Source: Gammaproteobacteria bacterium (GTDB lineage Bacteria > Pseudomonadota > Gammaproteobacteria > Eutrophobiales > Eutrophobiaceae). From it: DNA of 64,000 bases. Shown here piece after piece: positions 11,046 to 20,945 of the stretch. The DNA lies in assembly GCA_965222155.1 (NCBI GenBank), contig CBDCTH010000012.1, positions 2,368,001-2,432,000 of the forward strand. Reading direction: 5' to 3'. Below the pieces are notes generated by a model, which saw nothing but the letters and a program-made list of their open reading frames with translations, made no database searches and was not told the origin of the DNA. Both the position numbers and the translations under genes were made by a program. Numbering within the stretch: the first letter of the stretch is position 1; every line of letters starts with the position of its first letter.

Positions 11046-12533
11046 TCATACCACGTAGCCCTCCTCTTTCAGCTTGCCCACTTCGCGCCGGAGCACATCG
11101 ATGGCCAGGTCAATGGTATCGATATGGGTACGGTATGACAAGATGGCGAAGCGGAGCATGTAGACATTATCGATCAGGGTCGAGGTCAGGAAGATCGTGC
11201 CATCGCGCCGCAATGCCTCAACCAGTCTTTTGTTGAATTCATCCACGTCACCTTCGACGTCCACGTACCGGAACACGAAGATGGACAACTCGGGTTCGGG
11301 ACCGACCTCAAAACCAGGCGCCGACTGCAAGCGCCTGTAGGCATACCGGGTCAGCAACAGCTTCTCGTTCAACATGGCGCGGAACGGGGCGACCCCTATC
11401 AGTTTGAGCGGCAACCACAGGCGCAAGGCGCGGAAATGGCGGGTCAACTCCGGGCTTACGTCCGAGGGAGATATCTCCTGCTTGTGGTATACCCTGTCCT
11501 GCAGATAGTCGGCCGTATAATAATGTGACCGATACAAGTGTTCACCGTCCCTGACCAGCGCCGCGCCCAGGCCGAACGGCGTATGCAGACCCTTATGGGG
11601 GTTCATGACTACCGAGTCCGACAGTTCTATCCCGCGGAAACGGTCCCGGACCATATCACACAGGATAAAGAAGCCGCCGTAGGCCGCATCCACATGGAAC
11701 CACAACCCATGAGTGCGTGTGACTGCACTGATCCGCTCCAGGTCGTCCACATTACCCAGGTCCGTAGTGCCGGCCGAACCCACTACCAGCCACGGATTGA
11801 GTCCTGCTGCCTGGTCGGCGCGGATCAACTGCGCCAGTGCGTCCGGGTCCATGCGGAATTGTGCATCGGTCGCTACGGCGCGCATGACACAACCACCCAG
11901 GCCAGTGATATGCAGGGCTTTGGCGACGCAATGGTGGGTGAACCGGGTGTAATACACTACCGCCCGCGAGTAATCCTCGGCTTTCAGGCCATGGGCTTCC
12001 CGGGCCGTTACCAGACAGGTCAGGGTGGCGATGCTGCCGCCCGAGGCCAGTATGCCTTTCGCCATATCCGGGGTGTACCCCACCAGCTCCGCCATCCAGT
12101 CCAGCAACTGGTATTCCATGCGCACGGCGCCGGGGGAACTGGAAAACTCACCGGCATATTCGTCCATCACTGCCGCCATGTAATCTCCCAGGGCCGAGTA
12201 ATACATGCTGCTCGGGGGGATATAGCCGAAGAACTTTCCGGATACCGGACTTAATGCCTGGTCATCGACGTTTTCCTTATAGATACGCAGGATTTCCTCG
12301 ATTTCCATGCCTCCCTCAGTGATGGGAGAATCATACAGGCCGGCGCCCATATCCTCGGTATAGATAAATGCCGGTCTGTCCGGGAGGGCTTCCAGGAATC
12401 GCTCGATGTATCCGTTGACCGCGGTCAACAGCTCACTCCGCCGGGCCGCATCCGGTTCAATGATGTCGGCCTGTTCAGCGAAATCGTTAATCTGCCGGAT
12501 CAGTTCTTGCATCGCTAATTGGGGACGACTCAC
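11046..12533 (-). CDS. Group II PLP-dependent (aromatic-L-amino-acid-type) decarboxylase
   Basis: SGGSIAT, AGTTDLG..D, WFHVDAAYGG, NPHK (PLP Lys), SPELTRHFRALRLW. Confidence 0.93.
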   Translation of the reverse strand: MSRPQLAMQELIRQINDFAEQADIIEPDAARRSELLTAVNGYIERFLEALPDRPAFIYTEDMGAGLYDSPITEGGMEIEEILRIYKENVDDQALSPVSGKFFGYIPPSSMYYSALGDYMAAVMDEYAGEFSSSPGAVRMEYQLLDWMAELVGYTPDMAKGILASGGSIATLTCLVTAREAHGLKAEDYSRAVVYYTRFTHHCVAKALHITGLGGCVMRAVATDAQFRMDPDALAQLIRADQAAGLNPWLVVGSAGTTDLGNVDDLERISAVTRTHGLWFHVDAAYGGFFILCDMVRDRFRGIELSDSVVMNPHKGLHTPFGLGAALVRDGEHLYRSHYYTADYLQDRVYHKQEISPSDVSPELTRHFRALRLWLPLKLIGVAPFRAMLNEKLLLTRYAYRRLQSAPGFEVGPEPELSIFVFRYVDVEGDVDEFNKRLVEALRRDGTIFLTSTLIDNVYMLRFAILSYRTHIDTIDLAIDVLRREVGKLKEEGYVV

Positions 12534-12569
12534 GTTTTATTGAACGGACCTGTCCCCGATTGTCTACGC

Positions 12570-14315
12570 TCAGGCAGCAGCACCCTGCTCGAACAGGCTG
12601 TCACGCATGGGCGGTTTTGTCTTGGCCTGGATGCAGATTTCCGGGGGAATATCGAATACCAGGGCATGGTCGGGGCCGATGCCTTCTTCGCGCAGACAGG
12701 CGGCGACATCATCGTCCGCATCGGTAAACCCGGCCCGGCGATTAAACTCCCATTCATCTTCCAGGCACTGCCACCCCAGGTCGGCAATCAGCTCACGCGT
12801 CACCTCTTCGCCATAAAACAGGCTGTAACAGCGGCGTATTTCATCCAGGTTGGGCTGCATGAACTGGCACAGTCCGGACGAGTCGCACACCGCGTTGACG
12901 ATCTGCGCATTCTGGGAAGCACGTACCGCGTCTTCTCCCGCCAATTCAGGGTCGATTACCAGACCGGCGGTGTGATCGGCGCCCATGGCGCTGGTGGCAT
13001 AAGTCACGCCAGCAACCTTCAGCGGGCGCGGGTCCCAGGCAGGCAGGGCCTGCCCCTTGGCCACCGGGATACGGTGGTGGTTGCGATGTGTGCCGATGGA
13101 CAAGGCGCCGTTACCCACCAGCCTGCCGATTTCCGTGCCGCTGTCCACGTCGTTGCGCAACAAGGCCTTCGCCCCGTCCGCATCGCCCCATTCCATGCCG
13201 CCGGAATCCATGTACACGGCAATGGCCGCGCCCGTTTCGATGGTGTCCATCCCCAGATCATCACAGAGTCGATCCAGGTCGGCCACGTCCTCCCAGTTGT
13301 TGATCGCGCAACTGGAACCCAACAAACTGAGGGTCTCAAATTCCAGAGCGGACGTCACGTAGTTGCCGGACGCATCATGGATGATGTTGGAACAGCGGAC
13401 GATACAGCCGGACATGCAGTTGTGCATGCCGCCACCGCGTTCGGCAAACACCTCATGGATACGGGCCCCGTCCAGTTTGTCCACTTCCGGGTTCCTGCCC
13501 TCGGTCCGGTTCTTGTAGGGAAAGGTGTGTAACATGTTGGCCATGGGAACGCCGGTGCTGGTGCCGCCCCTGAAAATATTGTGACGGCCATCGCTTAAGT
13601 ATGTCTTGCTGAAGGACTTGTTATTGACGCTGAAGGCCTTGTTGTCGGCCGCCTGTCTGAGACGCGCCTTACCCGGGTCTATCAGCACCCATTTCAGGCA
13701 CTTGGAACCCATAACCGCGCCGACTCCGCCGCGCGCGGCATGGCGGGCAGGATGTCGGCCCTTGCTCTTGTCGGTAGTGGCGACTGATGCCGTTTTCAGC
13801 ATCATCTCTCCGGCAGGACCAATGCTGATAGCACAGGCGTCTTTGGAGCAGCCGGCCAGCAGCTTCTCGCAACTGGCATAGTTCCACAGGCCCTTGTATT
13901 CGTCCGCGCCGATCAGTTCCACTCCCTCTGCCGACACCACCAGACCCCAACGCCGCTCCCGGTCCGCAGGTTGGCCGGTCACGATAATGCCCCGGTAACC
14001 CAGCTTCATTAAATCCTGGCCCGGCTCGCCGCCGGTATTGGCTTCCTTTATCCCGCCGGTAAGCGGGCTTTTACAACCTACGGACAAACGCCCCGAGGTA
14101 GGCGCCGAGGTTCCCGACAGGATGCCTGGCGCCAGCACCAGGACGTTATCCGGACCCAGAGGATCACAACCCGGGTCACACTCATCCAGCAATATGCGCG
14201 CGGACAGGGAACGCCCCCCCAGGTACTTCCAGTCTGCCGGATAATCCTCAATCGAAACGGTCAAAGCCGTCATATCGACACGGATCATTTTGTCATTATC
14301 CCAAACCCCGGTCAT
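12570..14315 (-). CDS. Tungsten-dependent aldehyde:ferredoxin oxidoreductase (AOR/WOR family)
   Basis: KSPLTGGIKEAN, AARGGVGAVMGSK, CMSGCIVRC, LEFET, CDDLGMDTIETG, DSSGLCQF; GAGGAG RBS before MTGVW. Confidence 0.93.
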   Translation of the reverse strand: MTGVWDNDKMIRVDMTALTVSIEDYPADWKYLGGRSLSARILLDECDPGCDPLGPDNVLVLAPGILSGTSAPTSGRLSVGCKSPLTGGIKEANTGGEPGQDLMKLGYRGIIVTGQPADRERRWGLVVSAEGVELIGADEYKGLWNYASCEKLLAGCSKDACAISIGPAGEMMLKTASVATTDKSKGRHPARHAARGGVGAVMGSKCLKWVLIDPGKARLRQAADNKAFSVNNKSFSKTYLSDGRHNIFRGGTSTGVPMANMLHTFPYKNRTEGRNPEVDKLDGARIHEVFAERGGGMHNCMSGCIVRCSNIIHDASGNYVTSALEFETLSLLGSSCAINNWEDVADLDRLCDDLGMDTIETGAAIAVYMDSGGMEWGDADGAKALLRNDVDSGTEIGRLVGNGALSIGTHRNHHRIPVAKGQALPAWDPRPLKVAGVTYATSAMGADHTAGLVIDPELAGEDAVRASQNAQIVNAVCDSSGLCQFMQPNLDEIRRCYSLFYGEEVTRELIADLGWQCLEDEWEFNRRAGFTDADDDVAACLREEGIGPDHALVFDIPPEICIQAKTKPPMRDSLFEQGAAA

Positions 14316-14507
14316 AACAGTCTCCTCAACTATAGCAGTAAGCTCATTATCACCAGTGCAACCTTCATAGTCCAACACTTTGTATCAACCCAGGAGCGCT
14401 TGCTGTTTGCAAGTGGAGGGTTTTAGGGACTATAGGTGTCAATCTACAGAGCCTGCACTCACCGTCAAAACGTGGCCTGTCCCTTTTTAACGAGGTAATA
14501 TGACAAC

Positions 14508-15731
14508 ATGCCGGACAAAAAACAGAAAATATCCGTCGCGGACTTCAGTCTCACCGACCTGCCCGATGATTACTACGAAGACCCCTATCCCTACTATCAC
14601 GCGTTGCGGGAACAGGACCCCATACACCGCTTTGCCAACGGCAGCTACTTCTTCACCCGCCATGCCGACCTGTTCCGCATCTATCGTGACCCGAAACTGT
14701 TCAGCTCCGATAAAAAGAAGATGTTCAAACCGTTGTTCGGGGACACCTTATTATATGAACACCATACGACCAGCCTGGTTTTCAACGATCCGCCGCTGCA
14801 TACCCACGTGCGCAAGGCAATCGGCGGCGCCCTGTCACAAAAAACCCTGGTTGCCATGGAACCGGGCCTGCGTAAGTTTACCGCGGGATTACTGGACCGG
14901 ATCGAAGACAAGGGAGAGTTCGACGCGATGGCTGATTTCGCTACCCTCATCCCCGTTGAGGTGATCGGCAACCTGTTGCGCCTCCCCCATGAGGATCGCG
15001 GGATTTTGCAGCGCTGGGCAAACGCCATACTGGGTGCGCTGGAATTCGACCTGTCAAAAGAAAAACTGGATTACGGGAATCGATGTGTAAGGGAATTCCT
15101 GGATTATCTCGCCGAACTTGTGGAAGACCGCCGGAAAAACCTTTCCGATGATCACGACGATATATTAAGCCGGTTGATAAAATGGGAATCCGACGGCTTT
15201 GTATTATCCGATAAACAACTTTATCACCAGTGTATTTTCATACTGAATGCCGGCCATGAAACGACCACGAATCTCATAGGCCACAGTATCTATTGTTTAC
15301 TTTCCCACCCGGATCAGTTGCAACTGCTGAAAGAGAAGCCTGAATTAACCGATTCCGCCATCGAAGAGATACTGAGATATGAGGCTCCGGTACAACTCGG
15401 CAACAGGGCAACCACCGACGCGGTGCAATTCGATGACGTCAGCATACCGGCCGGGACGACATTGACCTTCGCCATCGGCGCGGCAAACCGGGACCCCGCC
15501 GTGTACCCCGAACCCGACCGGCTGGACATTACCCGCAATCCCCGCAACCACATGGCCTTCGCCGGCGGGATACACACCTGCGCCGGCCTCAACGTGGCGC
15601 GACTGGAAGCGCGCATTGCCGTCCCGGCGCTGCTCAACCGCTTCCCCGACCTGACCCTGACCGGCAAACCGGTACGGGACAAACGCGCCCGTTTCAGGGG
15701 ACTCCTGTCATTGCCCATGTCTATTCGCTGA
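14508..15731 (+). CDS. Cytochrome P450
   Basis: DPPLH, AGHETT (I-helix), EEILR (ExxR), ANRDP, FAGGIHTCAG (heme Cys). Confidence 0.97.
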   Translation: MPDKKQKISVADFSLTDLPDDYYEDPYPYYHALREQDPIHRFANGSYFFTRHADLFRIYRDPKLFSSDKKKMFKPLFGDTLLYEHHTTSLVFNDPPLHTHVRKAIGGALSQKTLVAMEPGLRKFTAGLLDRIEDKGEFDAMADFATLIPVEVIGNLLRLPHEDRGILQRWANAILGALEFDLSKEKLDYGNRCVREFLDYLAELVEDRRKNLSDDHDDILSRLIKWESDGFVLSDKQLYHQCIFILNAGHETTTNLIGHSIYCLLSHPDQLQLLKEKPELTDSAIEEILRYEAPVQLGNRATTDAVQFDDVSIPAGTTLTFAIGAANRDPAVYPEPDRLDITRNPRNHMAFAGGIHTCAGLNVARLEARIAVPALLNRFPDLTLTGKPVRDKRARFRGLLSLPMSIR

Positions 15732-15756
15732 TCTGACCCTACCGAGTGCTCCGACT

Positions 15757-16037
15757 GTCATTTCTGCGCCTCCCGTCGTCATTCCTGCGCCTCCCGTCGT
15801 CATTTGCGAAAGCAGGAATCCATCTTGTCGTCATTCTGGCGGATGCCAGAATCCAGTAGATAACTTATTCCTTATTATAAGGATAATTTAATAACTGGAT
15901 TCCGGCATTCGCCGGAATGACGGTAACTCTGGATTTCCATCCTTTGGTCCGTAAACGGCACATCCCCCTGCTTACTACATACAGGGGCAGGCTTTGTGTC
16001 TGGATACCGACTGGGGACAGATTTTAAATCTGTCCCC
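15757..16037. repeat. Composite repeat tract between convergent genes
   Basis: Two 21-bp tandem units GTCATT(T/C)CTGCGCCTCCCGTC, REP arms at 15799, 15830 and 15895, 28-nt hairpin at 15966-15993, GGGGACAGAT..ATCTGTCCCC at 16013-16037. Confidence 0.8.
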
Positions 16038-16473
16038 TTTGAACACTTAATTTCTCCAGTAACACTTCCAGTTGCGCTTGTTCCTGCTCTGCCAAAGCGG
16101 CCTTCAACTCCGCCTCATAAGACAACGCCAGTGGAACGATTTGCGAGTACATAGCGTAACCCGCCTCAGACAAACGTAAAATTGATCGACGCCGGTCCAG
16201 TCCGGAAAAATCACGATCGAGCAAGCCTTTGTCCAGTAACTTCGTCACCGCCCGGCTGACCGGGACCTTGTCCATTTCAGTCTCACTGGAGACTTCATCG
16301 GCAGACAACCCCGGCTGCTGGCCCAGCACGGCCATCACTCGCCACTCGGGAATACTCAAGTTGAATTTCTCCGAGTAAAGCCTGGCGAAGGACGCGCTGA
16401 TCCTGTTAGTGACAACGGACAGTTGATACGGCAGAAACTTCTTTAAATCCAGCGTCGGGTTCTGCTTACTCAT
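16024..16473 (-). CDS. MarR-family transcriptional regulator downstream of hmgA
   Basis: FLPYQLS, PEWRVMAVL, MDKVPVSRAV, DRRRSILRLS; alternative start at 16494. Confidence 0.92.
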   Translation of the reverse strand: MSKQNPTLDLKKFLPYQLSVVTNRISASFARLYSEKFNLSIPEWRVMAVLGQQPGLSADEVSSETEMDKVPVSRAVTKLLDKGLLDRDFSGLDRRRSILRLSEAGYAMYSQIVPLALSYEAELKAALAEQEQAQLEVLLEKLSVQRGQI

Positions 16474-16506
16474 TTTGTTTAATGCTCCAGACATGCAACA
16501 CGCCGC

Positions 16507-17841
16507 TCAGGGCTTGAAGTGTCTGTTAAGCCTCTGCCAGCTTTCGATATAATTTTTCTGGCGTTGCGCCGCGTCCAGGGCGAACCTGGTTGGATGGATC
16601 ACATAACGGGACTCGAACATGAAGGCCATGGTCGCCTCCTGTTTAACCGGCGCCAGTTTCACATTGGACGAGCCTTTAAAGGCCAACTCGTCCGGACCAT
16701 GAGCGGACATGCAGTTGTGCAGGCTGGCGCCGCCCGGCACGAAGCCTTCCGGCTTGGCGTCGTACACGCCGTAGATCAACCCCATGAACTCACTCATGAC
16801 GTTGCGGTGATACCAGGGCGCCCGGAAGGTGTCTTCAGCCACCATCCAGCGCGGAGGGAAAATCACAAAGTCCACGTTAGCCGTACCCGGCGTATCGGAG
16901 GGAGAGGTCAACACCGTAAAGACAGACGGGTCAGGATGGTCATAACTGACCGTATTGATCACGTTGAACTGCTCAAGCTGATATTTATAAGGCACGGAGT
17001 TACCCACCCAGGCCACCACGTCCAGGGGGGAATGGTCCATCGCACAGGCGTGCAGGTTGCCGACAAACTTGCAGACCAGTTCAAACTCGCCCTGTTTGTC
17101 CTCGTATGCCGCAACGGGCGCCCTGAAGTCGCGATCATTGGCGAAGCCATCGGAACCCACGGGTCCGCGTTCCGGCAGGCGGAACTGCGCGCCGTAGTTT
17201 TCACAGACATAGCCGCGACTGGGTCCATCGGGCAGCGCCACGGAAAATTTCATTCCTCGTGGTATCAAGACCACCTCGCCGGGTTGCACGTCAAGCCGGC
17301 CGCATTCCGTATGGATGTCCAGCCGGCCCTGTTGCGGCACGATCAACAGCTCACCATCCGCGTCGTAGAAATAGCGGTCCGTCATGGAGCGGTTCGCCAG
17401 GTAATAATGAATACCGCAACCGACTTGCGTAGCCGCGTTGCCGTTGGCGGCAAATGTCACCAGGCCGTCAATGAAATCAGCGGATGTGTCCGGTATGGGG
17501 ATGGGGTCCCAGCGCATCTGGTTGGGCGGTGTCGCTACGTCGGTGATGGGACCGTTCACGATACGCGACTGCTCGACAGGACGAAAATCGCCATGGGTCA
17601 CCGACGGCCGGATGCGGTAAAACCAGGTACGCCGGTTCGTCTCACGCGGGGCGGTGAAAGCGGTACTGCTTAACTTCTCCGCATACAACCCATAAGCCAC
17701 TTTCTGCGGAGAAAACCTGCCTTGCGGCAAAGCCCCCGCCAGCGCCTCGGATTCATGCTCATTGCCAAACCCGGTCAGGTATTCATAAACCTCGCCGGCT
17801 ACCGGAATATCGGCTACCCCTGGGTTGATAACTGTTGCCAT
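16507..17841 (-). CDS. hmgA: Homogentisate 1,2-dioxygenase
   Basis: [57 protein letters not shown]. Confidence 0.98.
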   Translation of the reverse strand: MATVINPGVADIPVAGEVYEYLTGFGNEHESEALAGALPQGRFSPQKVAYGLYAEKLSSTAFTAPRETNRRTWFYRIRPSVTHGDFRPVEQSRIVNGPITDVATPPNQMRWDPIPIPDTSADFIDGLVTFAANGNAATQVGCGIHYYLANRSMTDRYFYDADGELLIVPQQGRLDIHTECGRLDVQPGEVVLIPRGMKFSVALPDGPSRGYVCENYGAQFRLPERGPVGSDGFANDRDFRAPVAAYEDKQGEFELVCKFVGNLHACAMDHSPLDVVAWVGNSVPYKYQLEQFNVINTVSYDHPDPSVFTVLTSPSDTPGTANVDFVIFPPRWMVAEDTFRAPWYHRNVMSEFMGLIYGVYDAKPEGFVPGGASLHNCMSAHGPDELAFKGSSNVKLAPVKQEATMAFMFESRYVIHPTRFALDAAQRQKNYIESWQRLNRHFKP

Positions 17842-17872
17842 GATGAATCTCCTGCTTGACTTATCAAAACAT

Positions 17873-17897
17873 AGTATAGTTACAAATGTAACTAATT
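17873..17897. promoter_or_regulatory. Palindromic operator TAGTTACA-AA-TGTAACTA (hmgA/kynU divergent region)
   Basis: Perfect 8-2-8 palindrome; identical 25-mer at 27811-27835. Confidence 0.85.
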
Positions 17898-17912
17898 GCA
17901 AAGAGACCCGTA

Positions 17913-18032
17913 CATGACACAAATCTCTCATCAGAAAACACAAAACAGCCTGGCCGCAGCCCGACAATTAGATCAGGCAGATGAACTGGCCGCGTTCCGT
18001 TCCGAATTCACCCTCCCGACCAATGCCGAAGG
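17913..18032 (+). pseudogene. Duplicated 5' fragment of kynureninase
   Basis: [40 protein letters not shown] closely parallels the N-terminus at 18202. Confidence 0.88.
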
Positions 18033-18036
18033 AATA

Positions 18037-18086
18037 AAATTCAGGACACCCATGAAATTCAGGACACCCATGAAATTCAGGACACT
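18037..18086. repeat. 18-bp tandem repeat x~3
   Basis: AAATTCAGGACACCCATG AAATTCAGGACACCCATG AAATTCAGGACACT. Confidence 0.9.
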
Positions 18087-18201
18087 CACAAAATACCGGG
18101 AAGCTTAGGTAATGATCAGGGTATCATTTCCCTATCTGTCTCCAAGACAACCCCAGATACAACACCCGGGACAAGAGCCAAACCAACAGAGAAATCCACG
18201 T

Positions 18202-19497
18202 ATGACACGATTCGATTTCACCAGCCGACATAACAGCCTGGCCGCGGCCCGTCAGTTCGATCAGGCAGATGAATTGGCCGCGTTCCGCTCCGAATTCACC
18301 TTTCCGACCAATGCCCAAGGCGAACCCCTGCTGTACTTCGCCGGCCACTCGCTGGGCCTCATGCCCAATCGCGCCCGGGAGGCGCTGCAAGAGGAGTGCG
18401 ATGCCTGGGGAAAATATGCTGTTAAAGGACACTTCGAAACCGAGCGCCCCTGGGTACGCTGCCATTCCTACGTCGCCGACAGCCTGGCGCGCATTACTGG
18501 CGCCAAGCCGACCGAAGTGGTGGCGATGAATACCCTCACCGTCAACCTGCACCTGATGATGGTCAGCTTCTACCGCCCGACGAAAACGCGCTACAAGATC
18601 ATAATCGAAAAAAACGCCTTCCCTTCGGACCAGTACGCGGTCGACTCGCAGGCCCTGTTCCATGGGTTCGACCCGGCAGACGCCATCGTCGAACTGGAAC
18701 CCAAACCGGGGCAACTGGCCATTGCCGACGAAGACGTACTTGAACAGATTGCAGCAGTGGGTGATGAACTTGCTCTGGTCATGATAGGCAACTGCAACTA
18801 TCTCTCCGGCCAGTGCTTCGATATGCAGGCTATTACCGAACTGGGTCATAAGATGGGCGCCATGGTCGGCTTCAACCTGGCCCACGGCGCCGGCAATATC
18901 CTGCTGAACCTGCATGACTGCGACGTCGACTTTGCCGTGTGGTGTTGTTACAAATTTCTCAATGCCGGCCCCGGCGGCATGGCCGCGGCCTTTGTCCACG
19001 AACGCCACCACGGCGCTGACGACATCCCGCGCTTTGAAGGCTGGTGGGGCACTAAAGAACAGGACCGCTTCAAGATGCGCCGCAAGATAGACCGTATCCC
19101 CAGCGCGGAAGCGTGGGCAATGTCCAACTCCCCGGTCTTTCAAATGGCCGCACTGCGCGCCAGTATGGAATTATTTGATGCGGCCACCATGCCCAGGCTG
19201 CGCGAGAAAAGCAACGGACTCACTGCATACCTGGAATGGTTATTGATGGAAAACGCCGGCGATTTCGTCGAGGTCATGACGCCTACCCATTCACCGGAAA
19301 AACAAACCCGCGGTTGTACCTTGTCCCTGCGCTTCAAGAAAGACCCCAAGGGCATGCTGCAAGCCCTCTCCGACAAAGGCGCCATCACCGATTTCAGGGA
19401 ACCCGATATTATCCGCGTAGCCCCCATCCCCCTGTATAACAGCTACGAGGATGTATTCCGTTTCAGTGAGATCGTCGCGGAGTTTTGCGGAAATTAA
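18202..19497 (+). CDS. kynU: Kynureninase
   Basis: YFAGHSLGLMP, MNTLTVNLHLMM, FPSDQY, AHGAGN, DFAVWCCYKFLNAGPG, DFREPDIIRVAP. Confidence 0.96.
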   Translation: MTRFDFTSRHNSLAAARQFDQADELAAFRSEFTFPTNAQGEPLLYFAGHSLGLMPNRAREALQEECDAWGKYAVKGHFETERPWVRCHSYVADSLARITGAKPTEVVAMNTLTVNLHLMMVSFYRPTKTRYKIIIEKNAFPSDQYAVDSQALFHGFDPADAIVELEPKPGQLAIADEDVLEQIAAVGDELALVMIGNCNYLSGQCFDMQAITELGHKMGAMVGFNLAHGAGNILLNLHDCDVDFAVWCCYKFLNAGPGGMAAAFVHERHHGADDIPRFEGWWGTKEQDRFKMRRKIDRIPSAEAWAMSNSPVFQMAALRASMELFDAATMPRLREKSNGLTAYLEWLLMENAGDFVEVMTPTHSPEKQTRGCTLSLRFKKDPKGMLQALSDKGAITDFREPDIIRVAPIPLYNSYEDVFRFSEIVAEFCGN

Positions 19498-19595
19498 CTT
19501 GCATCATATATATCCTGTCCCCAACCGTTAATCAGTCTGTCATACGTTGATGATTAAGTAACCCGTCTTTCTGGCGAATGCCAGAATCCAGTTAA

Positions 19596-19720
19596 GGAAA
19601 CTCTGACAAGTCCATCCAGGACTTGTCAGAGTACGGAAAACAAAATCAATGCCTCATCGGCATTGATTTTGACGATTCATCCTTGTATCGTAGGATACCT
19701 CTGACTTAATCAGAGGTTCC
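19596..19720. mobile_element. IS5-type MITE (~125 bp)
   Basis: Ends GGAAACTCTGACAAGTC / GACTTAATCAGAGGTTCC, TTAA-like flanks, no ORF. Confidence 0.7.
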
Positions 19721-19727
19721 TTAACTA

Positions 19728-20498
19728 GTCGTCCCTGAATAACCCCAAAAGCTACTCTAACCTATTGATTATATTTATGTAACCTGCATTTTTTCCTGGA
19801 CTGATATGGCCGGATTTGGTATCATGGACCTTCATTTTCTGGCAATATCGGAGATAAAAATGACCCCCGGACACGCTGACACGCATCCTTCATCAGACCT
19901 GTTCCGCGAACAGTTGGATACTATGCTCAACCCACGCCACGAATTGTATCGGTTAGCCGACCTGGTGGACGGGTCGGTGTTTGATCCGGGCAGCCCGTAT
20001 GACGGCCACACCTTGAAGAAAGCCCTGGCACAGGTACGGCGCTTGACCGGGATGAGTAGTGACGAGGCGTTTGTAGACCGGGGTTATCGGGGGCATGATG
20101 AAACCGAGTCCACGGTGTACATCTCCGGGCAGAAGCGCGGTATTAAGACACAGCGGTTAAAACGTTCCCTCAAACGCCGCCAGGCAATTGAACCGGTCAT
20201 CGGTCATTTGAAAGCCGATGGGCTGTTAGGGCGCAATCACCTGACAGGGACAGAAGGTGACCCGTTGAATGTGCTGTTGAGTTGTGCCGGCCACAACCTG
20301 CGCCTTATCCTGAGGCGACTCAGGTTTTTTTGTCTCAACAAAAAGATACTTATACTGGCTTGGCTACGCTGGTTGGCTGTCGCAGAGCGTCTGTTCGTCT
20401 GTCAGGCGCCGGCACGCTGTTGAGCCACAAGCCTGTCTGGCTGCCGCCCCTACCGGTCCCCTCAATGCCAACCTGAAACAGGGTTTTTCAGGGTCGAC
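19728..20498 (+). mobile_element. IS5-family element, internally deleted transposase (ORF 19806-20423)
   Basis: IRs GTCGTCCCTGAATAACCC / GGGTTTTTCAGGGTCGAC. N-terminus is joined directly to PGSPYDGHTL...VDRGYRG...RRQAIEPVIGHLK. Confidence 0.93.
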
Positions 20499-20614
20499 TA
20501 TCTAGACCCTATGTTTGAACTTGCTTGCAAGTTCAAACAAGAAGTCTTTTGTTTTAGCCAATAACTGTTCCAAAAAAATCCTTTTGGAACAGTTGGTTGC
20601 AAGTCAAAACATAA

Positions 20615-20945
20615 CAGCCCGCATTTCTCACCAGTTCGCTTGTTGTCATCGGATAGTTGTTTGCTGTCAATACGATATGATAATCTGCTCACTATATCAA
20701 CATAACAGACTGCACATAACAGACTGCGCTTGATGCGCCCTCGCTTGTCTTTTTGCCGCCAGCGGGCACGTGCTCCCTCAACCAGAACTACGGCTATGCT
20801 TTCGGTCGCAGGCACCCGCTGGCGGCACAAATCTGCCCGGAGCAGATTTGGACGTCCGCAGGACGCCCGCAGGGTGTGCGCCATGGAAGGCGCACATCAA
20901 AAATCCGCAGCGATCATCGCATCACTTGGTGAGAAATCCGGGCTA
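20615..20945. mobile_element. MITE family A copy 1 (IR AGCCCG(C/G)ATTTCTCACCA)
   Basis: Terminal inverted repeats; homologous inverted copy at 34892-35188; end fragment at ~40049. Confidence 0.8.

Noticed and set aside
18037-18086. Possible CRISPR or iteron array
   Set aside because: Only ~3 contiguous 18-mers, no spacers and no rep gene.
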